A stretch of 64,000 nt of DNA from a virus: the IMG/VR virus record IMGVR_UViG_3300019888_000001, positions 18,111 through 82,110 of that record, one strand, 5' to 3'. Position 1 is the stretch's first letter, and every line of letters starts with the position of its first letter. Below are positions 46,130 through 56,100 of this stretch, in pieces. The notes under the pieces are model-generated. The model saw only the letters and a list, made by a program, of their open reading frames with translations. It did no database searches and had not been told where the DNA came from. A program made the position numbers and the translations under genes.

Positions 46130-48225
46130 AAGACGACAAACATACAATAACAAACATTAAAACGTCTGACGACTTTGCCCCTGTAAATATGGGCATCTCA
46201 GACGACCCTGAAGATCAGAAAATGATTGCCAACATTCTGGTTAACAGTTTATACACAGACAAACCTCGCGCGGTTCTCCGTGAATATGGCTGTAACGCGG
46301 CCGATGCGAACACCGAAGCAGGTAAACCCAACACCCCGATAAAAGTCCACGTGCCTACGGCGGGTGAACCTTATTTATCCATACGCGACGAGGGCGGCGG
46401 AATGACCGAAGAACAGATCTTAAAAGTCTTCTGCCGCCTCGGCCGCTCTACCAAAAGAAATTCTAACGCCTACACCGGCATGCTTGGCATCGGCTCCAAA
46501 GCGGGATTTGCTTATGGGGACAGTTTTCTAGTAACATCGTTTCACGCTGGCACGAGAATAGTGTATAACTGCTTTCGAGATAAACACGGGTTATTTCAAA
46601 TGGCGAAAATGGAGTCGGGGGCTACAGCGGAGACAGACGGAGTGGAAGTCAAAATCGCGGTTAAACAAAACGACATTCCGGCGTTTGCTTCTGCCGCAAC
46701 CGAAGTGTTTCGGTATTTCAAACCTTTGCCAATCGGAATTAAAGTAACCTTACCGAGAGTGATATGTCAGGGCAAAGGTTGGCGATTTGTCAATTTCTGT
46801 AACGAGCAGACCGTAGCGATTATGGGTAACGTCGGATACAATATCGACTCCGATGTTATGCTTGCCGACGAGAACTCCCGCCATACCCCCCATGAGGCCC
46901 TGTTGGCCAATTACAAACGTATTTGTTCGTTAGAACTGGAGTTTGATATTGGGGAATTAGAAATCGCGGCTAACCGTGAAGGACTACAATATCGGGAGAA
47001 TACAAAAGCTGTGATTCGAAAGCGGTTAAATAAAATTATGGCGAGTGCAGAGGAGCAGATAAAAAAGCAAGTTGAGTCTGCGCCATCATTATGGGACGCG
47101 GGCGTTATCTTTGCTAATATGTCTTATAGTCTATCATGTCGGCTAAACGCTTTGACTTGGCAAGGTAAAGCCGTGAATACTAGCTTGAGGTTATCCGAGG
47201 GAGTGAAAGATGACACTGTGATATACGGATTCACTAGGAACCGCTACTCTAAACATATGAGCGCTGCCTTTCCTCGCGACAATCTTTTTCTTGACCCACC
47301 AACTTTCGTGATATGTGACGGAAGTAAGTATCCGCGAATTAGGATAGCGCAGTTTCTGGAAGCTAAAAGCGCGGCTAACCCTCAGGTTAGACATTGTGTA
47401 GTTTACTTCAAGTTCAAAACTCCTGCGATTCAAAAAGCCTATTGGGAGAAGAATGGGCTAACCGGCGCACCAGTAGTAATGGTAGGCTCGCTACCTTACA
47501 CAGCGCCGGTGGGCGGGGTGCCACGAGCCAAAAACACTAAACACTCTCAGCAGTGCTTCACGTTTAAAGCACACGCGTCACTATCACACTACATTCCGAA
47601 TTCTGAATGGTGGATTTCGGCTACTCTTGACCCAACCGCAACGGGCGTGTATGTCCCACTTGACCGATTTCGAGTTGATTGTGCGTATGCATTTACCTAT
47701 TCGCAGTTTGCAGCTCAGATTAAAGAGCTAAAAACCGCCGGGATACTTACTGGCCCACTTTATGGAATAAAACCGCAAACAGTACTAAAATTAGGCAAAG
47801 GATGGGTGAGGCTTAAAGATTGGGTAACTACTAACATCCCGCAAGGGACAAAACAACAGTTAGTTGATTATAGAGCGGCTACTTATCTCCAGAAGGGCGA
47901 TTTGATTTTTGGGAAGCTTTACGATGGGTTCTACCCAAACTCGGCGGCAGCAGATTTAATGGACGCTTTACGCAAAATGCTAACACCAACTCCAGCATTA
48001 CGGCCGTTAATCATGAGCCTGGTAGACAGGCACGCGCAGGATAGTGCCGAGCATATCTTACAGGCGTCTGGGTTACCTGTGCCATCGTATAATTTGAAAT
48101 CTCTAACCGAGGCCGTAGTGAAACGGTATCCTATGTTTGCTGCTTTCCAGCCATTTCAAATAAGAAATTTGCCGATGAAAACCGTAGCGGAGTATGTTAA
48201 ACTAGTCGAGGAGTCCAAAAAATGA
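46126..48225 (+). CDS. rIIA: rIIA-like protein (GHKL ATPase N-terminus)
   Basis: LYTDKPRAVLREYGCNA.DA, IRDEG.GM, STKRNSN..TG.LGIGSK, EI.ANREGL.Y. Confidence 0.8.
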   Translation: MKDDKHTITNIKTSDDFAPVNMGISDDPEDQKMIANILVNSLYTDKPRAVLREYGCNAADANTEAGKPNTPIKVHVPTAGEPYLSIRDEGGGMTEEQILKVFCRLGRSTKRNSNAYTGMLGIGSKAGFAYGDSFLVTSFHAGTRIVYNCFRDKHGLFQMAKMESGATAETDGVEVKIAVKQNDIPAFASAATEVFRYFKPLPIGIKVTLPRVICQGKGWRFVNFCNEQTVAIMGNVGYNIDSDVMLADENSRHTPHEALLANYKRICSLELEFDIGELEIAANREGLQYRENTKAVIRKRLNKIMASAEEQIKKQVESAPSLWDAGVIFANMSYSLSCRLNALTWQGKAVNTSLRLSEGVKDDTVIYGFTRNRYSKHMSAAFPRDNLFLDPPTFVICDGSKYPRIRIAQFLEAKSAANPQVRHCVVYFKFKTPAIQKAYWEKNGLTGAPVVMVGSLPYTAPVGGVPRAKNTKHSQQCFTFKAHASLSHYIPNSEWWISATLDPTATGVYVPLDRFRVDCAYAFTYSQFAAQIKELKTAGILTGPLYGIKPQTVLKLGKGWVRLKDWVTTNIPQGTKQQLVDYRAATYLQKGDLIFGKLYDGFYPNSAAADLMDALRKMLTPTPALRPLIMSLVDRHAQDSAEHILQASGLPVPSYNLKSLTEAVVKRYPMFAAFQPFQIRNLPMKTVAEYVKLVEESKK

Positions 48226-48443
48226 AGTGGTTTGTGTCAAAAGACAGTGTCACGATTTCAGGAATGAACCGAACCTGTGTTGTCCTGAACGATCATCCTC
48301 AGTTCAAAGAAATTGTAAAGGCCTTAGAGGATAAGACTTACAGCGAGGAAGCGTTGTTCGCACTGCTTGATCCCGTGGTTATTGAAGCTAGAAAGCGCTT
48401 ACTCCAACCTGATTCCGGCTCACTGCTCCAATGGCAACACTGA
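48222..48443 (+). CDS. Short rIIB-N-terminus-like protein
   Basis: Coupled to rIIA; DHPQFKEIVKAL motif; only 73 aa. Confidence 0.45.
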   Translation: MKWFVSKDSVTISGMNRTCVVLNDHPQFKEIVKALEDKTYSEEALFALLDPVVIEARKRLLQPDSGSLLQWQH

Positions 48444-49129
48444 CCTTTCAAGAAGCTTTAGAGCCGTTTCGCCGCGAGACGGAACAGATTCTTGCGCTAA
48501 AACACCAGACAAAATCAGAATACTTAACCGCGATTTATAGAGTTGTAACATCACATAGCTTCGATTATGCCTATCATTCGGTTATATGGAAGTCCGAATG
48601 CTATTTAATGACACACTACAAAACCGAATTTTTTAGCGTGGCTAAAAATGCAACTGTAAACCTAACTTTATGATATACATATACAAACTAATGGCAAGAG
48701 CCTTCATTAAGATCGGCACCATGATCTTCCCTATCATGTTGAGCTACGCTCCATCAGAGAACACAGGAATACGTGTCCTTATTTTTGGAGCGAGTCAACC
48801 TGAAGTGAACTCAGCGTGCCGCTCATATATAGAATGGCTCGACGCCGAATACGAAAAACGACAAAATGAAAAAACTAAGTGAGTTAAAATTCAACCAACA
48901 ATTCCGGCTACCAGACTGGCCGGAAACAGGACTGTTTACCTACCTAGGCCCAGACGGGGGATACGGTAAAATTAAAGCGAACGATGCTAAAATCAATCAT
49001 AAATTATGCAAGATGTATGATTCCACCAACGATTTCTTTCATCTTGCTACATGGATAACAGTCACCCCGATCTGCCCTGAATGTGGGCACGTCCAAGATC
49101 ATGAAGCCTGTAACGTAAGAATCGAATGA
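48431..49129 (+). CDS. Three small hypothetical ORFs
   Basis: Coupled ORFs at 48431, 48670 and 48866. Confidence 0.55.
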
Positions 49130-49821
49130 AATATAAATACCTAAGCGTCGGTATAGATGCTAAAACAGTCAAAGGTCAGAAGAAAGGATACCTTACCGGA
49201 ATCCTGTATCTCGCTCCGCATACCATCGCGAGTACGAAATCACTATGTCCATTCTCTACACCCGCGTGTAGATCTGTATGCCTCTATTCGGCAGGGCGCG
49301 GCGCGGTTACTAACGTCCAGCAAGCTAGGATTAGGAAAACTAAAGAGTTTCAAGCTGACTCAGGGCTTTTCATGCAAGCTTTAGCTGAGGATATTCTAAC
49401 TCTTAAGAAAGCTGCTATCCAACAAGGCATGACTCCCGTGGTGCGGTTGAATGGAACCAGTGATATTGAGTGGGAAAATTTTGGCGTTATACAGCAGTTT
49501 CCTGACTTACAATTTTATGATTATTTGAAGCATCCGCCAATATTACGCAAAAATCTACCAACGAATTATCATCTTACGTTTTCGCACTCGGAACATTTGA
49601 AGTCATGGGAATGGGGCGATGGATGGTTTGAACGAGGAGTAAACACAGCCGTTGTATTTCGCGGTGGAATGCCCGCCCTGTTCCGAGGGCGGCCGGTAGT
49701 AGATGGTGACGAGTCTGATTTACGGTTCCTTGATCCGGAAGGTGTGTTTGTTGGGTTAAAAACCAAAGGTCAAGCCCGACCCCTTGGCAAAGCTAACGGA
49801 TTTGTGGTAGACTATGACTAA
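49126..49821 (+). CDS. GP88-like (radical-SAM-like) phage protein
   Basis: CPFS...C...CLY..GRG, RLNGTSDI.W, QFYDY.K, DGDESDLRF.D. Confidence 0.8.
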   Translation: MKYKYLSVGIDAKTVKGQKKGYLTGILYLAPHTIASTKSLCPFSTPACRSVCLYSAGRGAVTNVQQARIRKTKEFQADSGLFMQALAEDILTLKKAAIQQGMTPVVRLNGTSDIEWENFGVIQQFPDLQFYDYLKHPPILRKNLPTNYHLTFSHSEHLKSWEWGDGWFERGVNTAVVFRGGMPALFRGRPVVDGDESDLRFLDPEGVFVGLKTKGQARPLGKANGFVVDYD

Positions 49822-50669
49822 AACTGACTCAAAAAAAATAATTAAACTCGCTCAGCTTGTGACTGGCGGCGCATGGCATTCTGATTGGCGAAGTTCGAAA
49901 ATGCTACATATACATAGGTTCTTTAAGATTGCGGGAGACCGTGGCGGATACAATCGCGAGCGAGAACACATTCGCTTTATGCTCTTAACAAAAGAGCGCC
50001 GACAATTCTTTGACGCTTACATCAAACTAATACAATGACATTCAAACACGGTAAACATGAACTTTAACAAACGTCCAACAAAACCACTTCAATACCCGAG
50101 TTCGCAATGGGGTGATATAAAGTTACAGTTGTGGTGTGATGGTGTAGAAACTCTCGCTCGTTGGCCTAGGCGAGCTGAGTTTTATAAGTGGGTAGCTAAC
50201 ACAGGACATGCAAAACTTAGTGACGGGTTTTGGCAGTTTTCAGAAGAATATATTGAAGCACTGCTGGCCGATCCGTCCGAGATAAAAGCTTATATGAACA
50301 TCATTTTATGAGATCGTTAAACTTATTCTGCAAAGACTGTGGAGAGCCGATTATGAAATGCCGCTGTCCTTTACGGCCGCCTTGGAGCTTTTTTCCACGC
50401 GGTTACCCATCCACGTCACCTTTATACAAAGTAACCCAGTTCAAGAAACATACTAGAAAGAATTCGTTTTGGAAGAACAAGAAAGACAGATGAAGCGTAC
50501 CCCTAGCCACAATCACCGCAAAACAGTGCAATCTTACCCTGAAATTCCGACGATCGACTACGGCCAGTTAGAGCTAACAGTCCGGTTAGTGGACAAAGCT
50601 TGTGATGTTTGGCTTATGAAGCGAGCCCGGATAGACATAGCGTTAGCTAAACTAAAATCCAACGATTAG
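49814..50669 (+). CDS. Four small hypothetical ORFs
   Basis: 49814 ends AYIKLIQ*, 50057 ends AYMNIIL*; further ORFs at 50308 and 50490. Confidence 0.55.
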
Positions 50670-50953
50670 TGACGCTCCGCTCGAACCATATTGTTGAAAT
50701 GATTCGCAACTTCCTGCGGAATCCGGTAATGTTCGCCCTCCATATAGATATCGGAATCTTCGGGGATGCCCCCCGCTTTCTTTTCCATAGATTTGTAGCG
50801 AGCCACCCACCCGCCCGGCACCAGCACGCCAGATGTATCGGCGGAAATTACATCAGTGCGACTGAGTGAGGGACTATGCTTATGGCGATGGTGCTGCCGG
50901 GATGCAGAGGCGCAACCAACCAATAAGATACAGAGAAGGAGCTTCCAGTTCAT
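50666..50953 (-). CDS. Lipoprotein, possible o-spanin
   Basis: Lipobox LLVGC after a short signal peptide. Confidence 0.55.
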   Translation of the reverse strand: MNWKLLLCILLVGCASASRQHHRHKHSPSLSRTDVISADTSGVLVPGGWVARYKSMEKKAGGIPEDSDIYMEGEHYRIPQEVANHFNNMVRAERH

Positions 50954-51120
50954 TTATGTTGGCGCCCCATGAGATACAAAATGTTTTTGTTAGCTTCAAT
51001 CTGTGCATTAGTCATCTCTGTGATCGTGTTGTTAATCTCAGTCTTAGCAGTGTTGAGTTGATAACCCAAAAACAGTGTTAGAATCAGGTTACTAACGACC
51101 ACGAAAATCAATATCTTCAT
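50950..51120 (-). CDS. Small N-terminal TM plus coiled-coil protein, possible i-spanin
   Basis: MKILIFVVVSNLILTLFLGYQLNTAK...; coupled on both sides; not in the ORF track. Confidence 0.55.
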   Translation of the reverse strand: MKILIFVVVSNLILTLFLGYQLNTAKTEINNTITEMTNAQIEANKNILYLMGRQHK

Positions 51121-51710
51121 TACGGTGTGGGAGTAGGAGACGAGTGAGCGCGCGAGTCTTGTAGTTGTTTAACTTGCGCTGATAAAGCAGAAGTTTGTTG
51201 CCCGCGTTCGATCGAAGCATGAGTTGCGGTGTAAATCTGAACGCCCAAACTTGCAGCCCACATCAAAGACGCTACGGCCCCGACGATCGCTAGACTGCCT
51301 GACTTAATTTTACCCATTTGTTGTCTTCCGCCCGTGATCAAATTTGTTGCGTTTTCTTGAGTTCGCTTGTATTCGTCAAATTCACGCTTAAGCGCGGTTG
51401 CTTTCTGGTCTACGGCGTCGGCCGCCGATTTTGCTTTAGCCTCTACCGCTTTATCGTTAGTTTCTTTGTATTGCCGGAATTCTGTTTGAAAGTACTCAAA
51501 TTTTTCTTTGGTAACATACTCAGCATTACGCTCTTGGGCTAGCCCATGAGCGTGATTCAAATCTTCAAGCCGTCGCTCGTACTCTTTGGCTTGAAGTTTA
51601 AGGGCATCATCTCTACCATCCAATTTTTCGAAAATAAGATCTTTCAGACCTACAATTTTGGTCTCAACAAATTCCTTTAACGGGACATGGACGCAAGAAT
51701 TATCGGGCAT
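51120..51710 (-). CDS. Coiled-coil protein with C-terminal TM
   Basis: Promoter TTGACA-N17-GATATT-N5-ATG. Confidence 0.7.
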   Translation of the reverse strand: MPDNSCVHVPLKEFVETKIVGLKDLIFEKLDGRDDALKLQAKEYERRLEDLNHAHGLAQERNAEYVTKEKFEYFQTEFRQYKETNDKAVEAKAKSAADAVDQKATALKREFDEYKRTQENATNLITGGRQQMGKIKSGSLAIVGAVASLMWAASLGVQIYTATHASIERGQQTSALSAQVKQLQDSRAHSSPTPTP

Positions 51711-51803
51711 GCTGGAATATCCGGGGCAAACCCCTCTATGTCAAAGAAAACTGTTGTCAAAATCAGCGGAAACTGTTAATATGAAAACCATGAAAGAGAA
51801 CCA

Positions 51804-52082
51804 ATGCCTTACATAAACACTGAAGCGAAAGAAACCGTAGCCCTATCCGGAGCCCAGACCCCGGGCCAGTTGAACTACGAAATAACAAACGTAATCATGC
51901 GCTATTGGTGGAGAACATTCAAGCAAGACTATACCACTATTAATGATATAATTGGCGCACTTGAAGGAGCAAAATTAGAGTTCACACGAAGAATTGTTGT
52001 GGATTTTGAAAAAGGAAAATGCGCAAGCAACGGCGATGTTTACCAAAAACCAAGCTATAAACAAAAACATGAAAGTACTTAA
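51804..52082 (+). CDS. DUF6899-like phage protein
   Basis: MPYI...PGQLNY.IT...INDIIGALE.AKLEF.RR...NGDVY. Confidence 0.75.
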   Translation: MPYINTEAKETVALSGAQTPGQLNYEITNVIMRYWWRTFKQDYTTINDIIGALEGAKLEFTRRIVVDFEKGKCASNGDVYQKPSYKQKHEST

Positions 52083-52302
52083 ACTACAGGAGTATAGAGA
52101 AGACGGAGGGTTTTATCCCATCCTCGTCTGTTTTGGTGAAGGGGTTCAAGTTCGAGAGGCAGCCCTTCTACCCAACGGACCGCATATCATCGGCGAGACA
52201 AAAGCCCTTAGAAAAGGATCGTTGATATCAGGTCTGCCTGGGGGGCAGCTGATTACGGTCACGGAAACCGTGGAAGAAATTGCTAAACTTCTATGTAGTT
52301 AG
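52069..52302 (+). CDS. Small hypothetical protein
   Basis: Ends VTETVEEI (FlbD-like tail). Confidence 0.55.
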   Translation: MKVLKLQEYREDGGFYPILVCFGEGVQVREAALLPNGPHIIGETKALRKGSLISGLPGGQLITVTETVEEIAKLLCS

Positions 52303-52378
52303 GGTTTAATTCCTATCCACATCAGGTAAGGCTAACCGAATAAATCGCCGATACTCTAGTCGGATTACCTTTCTTAAT

Positions 52379-52981
52379 TCAGATTTTGTAATTTGATCCA
52401 TTTTTATTACGCCAGCACCACCCTGCTACAGAAAAATCATGAGGAACAGTTTCAAGGGTTGCGATTGGGATGTGAACAGTGGCGCGGTTGTCACAATTAC
52501 ATATTGCGCAGGCCTGAAGCTCGGAGTCGTGGGATGTTGAAGCATGCAAAACTTCACTACGTAGGATGTTTACGGCTGTCTGACATGCGGCGCAACCCCC
52601 GGCCAATCCTCTATTAAAAGGGCACTGAGCACAAATTGCGGCACGGCGTTCTGCTTCAGCTTGTGGCACTTGCGCCATCCGGCTGCCGAGCCACGCGGCA
52701 GCCGTCTTAAGGAAAGACATTACATCCGTCCAAGGAATGGTAGCTGGGAGACGAGCGCCCCCTTCACAAAACTCAGCTTGAGAAGCCGGCGATAAAGAGC
52801 GACAAATTTGATCCTCGATTTCGGCTTCAGTTAAAGGCGGATAATTGTTATTCCGGCGATGAGCTGCGACTTTGGCCACTAGATCAATAAATATGTTTGC
52901 ATCGGACACAAATCCTGATGTTGGGTCTTTAAAGGTCCAGCCGCCCGGAACTGTTACAAGTAAACTTTTTAAGTGGAGCAT
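52379..52981 (-). CDS. Cys-rich hypothetical protein
   Basis: RAAICAQCPFN, CAAC, CAICNC, CW. Confidence 0.7.
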   Translation of the reverse strand: MLHLKSLLVTVPGGWTFKDPTSGFVSDANIFIDLVAKVAAHRRNNNYPPLTEAEIEDQICRSLSPASQAEFCEGGARLPATIPWTDVMSFLKTAAAWLGSRMAQVPQAEAERRAAICAQCPFNRGLAGGCAACQTAVNILRSEVLHASTSHDSELQACAICNCDNRATVHIPIATLETVPHDFSVAGWCWRNKNGSNYKI

Positions 52982-53155
52982 AAATTTATGAAATATATAA
53001 TTGGAATCATCGTATTTGTCTACTTCGGTAGCGCAGCGATTATGGTCGTAGTAGGGATTGGATTTGGAATATTCACATTCATACGCGAAGTTTTAAGGCG
53101 TAGAAACAAAGGAGTCCCATTCAGACCCCAACCATGGCCAGTTAACATAGAATAA

Positions 53156-56100
53156 TTACGGGTTTTGATCTTTGGCTTTCTTCACTTGTTGGCGTAAACC
53201 TGGAACCCCCATTTTAAGATGCTCCACAATACCTTTTGGCTGTCTACGAATAGTTTGCGATTTCAGCCAACGTTCAATATAGTTCTTCTGAACTTCTGGT
53301 TTTAAATCTGTCCAGCCAGCGATATTCTGCACCGCTTGGGGTACTACAATACCACGAGCGAAATCTCCTGCGTACCCTGCGGGATCTTTAACTAGCTTGC
53401 TCATGTCTAGCATGGTTTCCATATAAGGAGTTTCTCGGGCTAAGCCTAAAGCCCCCGCCATGACTCCTGCTGGTAGTCCTTTTTTGTGCCTATCAGTGGT
53501 GGAAACATATTGATCTGATACTCGACGCATTGTAGCCCCTAACTGTAAGCATTCAAGCAAAGGAGAGTGAGATAAAAATGAAGGGACATCCCAGTTACCT
53601 AAACGAAGTCTCCCCGCTCCTACGTCTCCTGGTTTTCGTTTTTCACCGGCGGTGTAGTATCCACCAGCTTGAATAAAGCCAGGAGCAGAATTAAAATATC
53701 CTAAAGCTAGTACGGCCGCCCCTAGCAACCCTTTTTTAAGATGCCGTGCGATCACATCTGATTCCTCTGGTGTTAAGTTTTCCATCCCTCGCCGCATGGC
53801 TCCTATAAGTTTAACACTGCCACTAACTGATCCGGTTGCATGAACGAGGGCTTCAGTTACATAGTTTAAAGGTACTTTTACAATAGGAATGGTGGCGCGC
53901 ATACTCGTAGCTCCAACTTTACGACGTAGCGGAATCTGGCCAGTTGCTTTATCTTTTGCCTCGAGTCGGGCCAATCCGCCTTTCCACCAATCTGATAACA
54001 CGTTATCTTGAAGCAAGATTTGCCGATATGCGTATTTTGCTGCGCTTTGTTTAAACGTATCCATCATTAAACTAGTCATGACTAGAGGATCGGTAACGTC
54101 AACACCATTTCTCATAGCATGCCCAATTTGTTTTTCTAGAGCTATAGTATACGCCCCGCGAAGAGCTGGAGATTTTAATGCTCCGTGGAGCTGGCCAAAC
54201 CAATCTAAAATACTGGGAGGAAGCACTACTTTATCACCAAACAAAGTACTTAACGTACTGTGCCCCGTAGTAGCCATATCATAAGCATCTTTCATACCCG
54301 TAGTTAAAGCTTGCGCATAGCCTTTAGCGTATGCATTTACGCTAAACCCGCCTTCAATGGAGGCTTTGGCAAATACAGTTTTTAACGGACCTGGGACGGA
54401 CCCAAGCCCCCCGCCAATTAAATCTTCTGTAGGAATTTGAACTGCGCGATAGGCGGCGGCTCCCGTTAGTTTAAACAAAGTAGAGATAGCAGACAGTTTA
54501 GCGGCTCGGCTAAACTTAGCTAACATATCTAACGCTTTATCCTGCAATGGACGCTGAGCTGCTTGATCAGCTAATAGCCCACGTTTATAATCGTTCTTTG
54601 CTTTTAGGGTTGCAGCTTGTAGCCTGTCCGCTTCTGGATCTTGGGCTATGGGTTCAGGTTTTGTTTTAGGAGCAAAGTCTTTATTAGCTAACCGATCTTT
54701 ATAGTCTGTTATTCGTTTTTCTAAACGCGCTTTCAATTGCTCTAAACCAGATTTTAAACGAAAATCATCATCGGTAGTTTCAAATCCTCCAGCACGAAGT
54801 TTGGTACGAACTAGTTGAGTTAATACTTTTTCTTCTATAGTTGGTATTCTATGTTCGCTTCCTGTTTTCAGTGGAGCTTCGCCTTCTCGCATTGTTTCCA
54901 GTTTTCCTAACTGCTGCATTTGCCCTGTCAGATCACGTAAGGTTTTAGACACAGCATCTTTTGATAGTGGTCTCCATTTTCCATAACCAGAAATCGCGTT
55001 CATAGTTTCAGTGCGTTCTAATTCTGGATCGTATTGTTTCAAAACGCTATGGACGGCGTCGATAAGTTTTTCTCGGTCTGTTACACCTTCAGCCACAAAA
55101 GACCTCGCTAACCGCTGAATTAAATTGCCCAGGCTGTTAAGAGGGGCACCATTTTCAAAAATTTTAGTATGGATTTTTGCGGCTATTTGCTCTGAGGTAG
55201 CGGACTCTTTAGTCTTCGTAGGTTTAACAACCCTATCTGAAGAAGCTGCATGATCCTCTTCGGCTTGCTGAGCTTTCGTAATCTCTGTGTTATGTTTTTT
55301 GACCCAAGTTTCTTGAGCTTCACGTTCTGCGGGTGTTTTAGGGTCTCCAGCCGCGGCGCGCTTTTCCGTTAGCATCTTAGCTAACGAGTAGTCCTCGGCT
55401 GCCATCATTTTTCGAGCTACTTGACCTCGGGCGTTTTCTTCGCCTGAAGTGCGAAGAATGCGCTGGAGATGATCATAATCTTCTTGGAGAGCTGTAAACT
55501 TAGCCCGTGCTTCTACGCGGGTTTCAGGGGCCGCATCGTCTAAGCCCCGCGAAGCTGTGGCAATTCTATGATGAAGATCAATCTGCTTCATAAGTAACAT
55601 GGCGCTCTCTACAGGCGTCGCTCCTCGAGGTTTGTCGGAGAGGTCTTTCATTAATCTATTAATTACCTCAGGATCCCCGGTAAATTGTTTCTCTGCCTCA
55701 GCCCACCAACCTTTATACGACTGTGCGGCGGTAGAAGCCAAAGGCGCTAACCCTTGAGCTTTACGATCACTATCTATTTTTGCGTTTTGATTACTAAACA
55801 TTAGGCGGCTAACTTTATCTCTTGCGGCTATCACCTGTTCAGCCATTCGCGCAGCATCAGCAGCCGTTAGTTTGCCTTCGCTTGCTAGGGTAGTAATATG
55901 AGTCTGGAGTTTAGCTAGGGCTTCATAAGATGCGTCAGGGTTAAGTTCTAGCTGATGATCAATTATTTTTCCATCACGCACTACTCCAGTAAACTTACCG
56001 GCGGCTTTTTCGTCCGTAGGTTCGGCCTTCGTCGCCGGTTCAGGTTGCGATCCTGGTTCGGGCTGCGTCGGAGTTTTCTGGGCTGTCGGCTCTACATACG

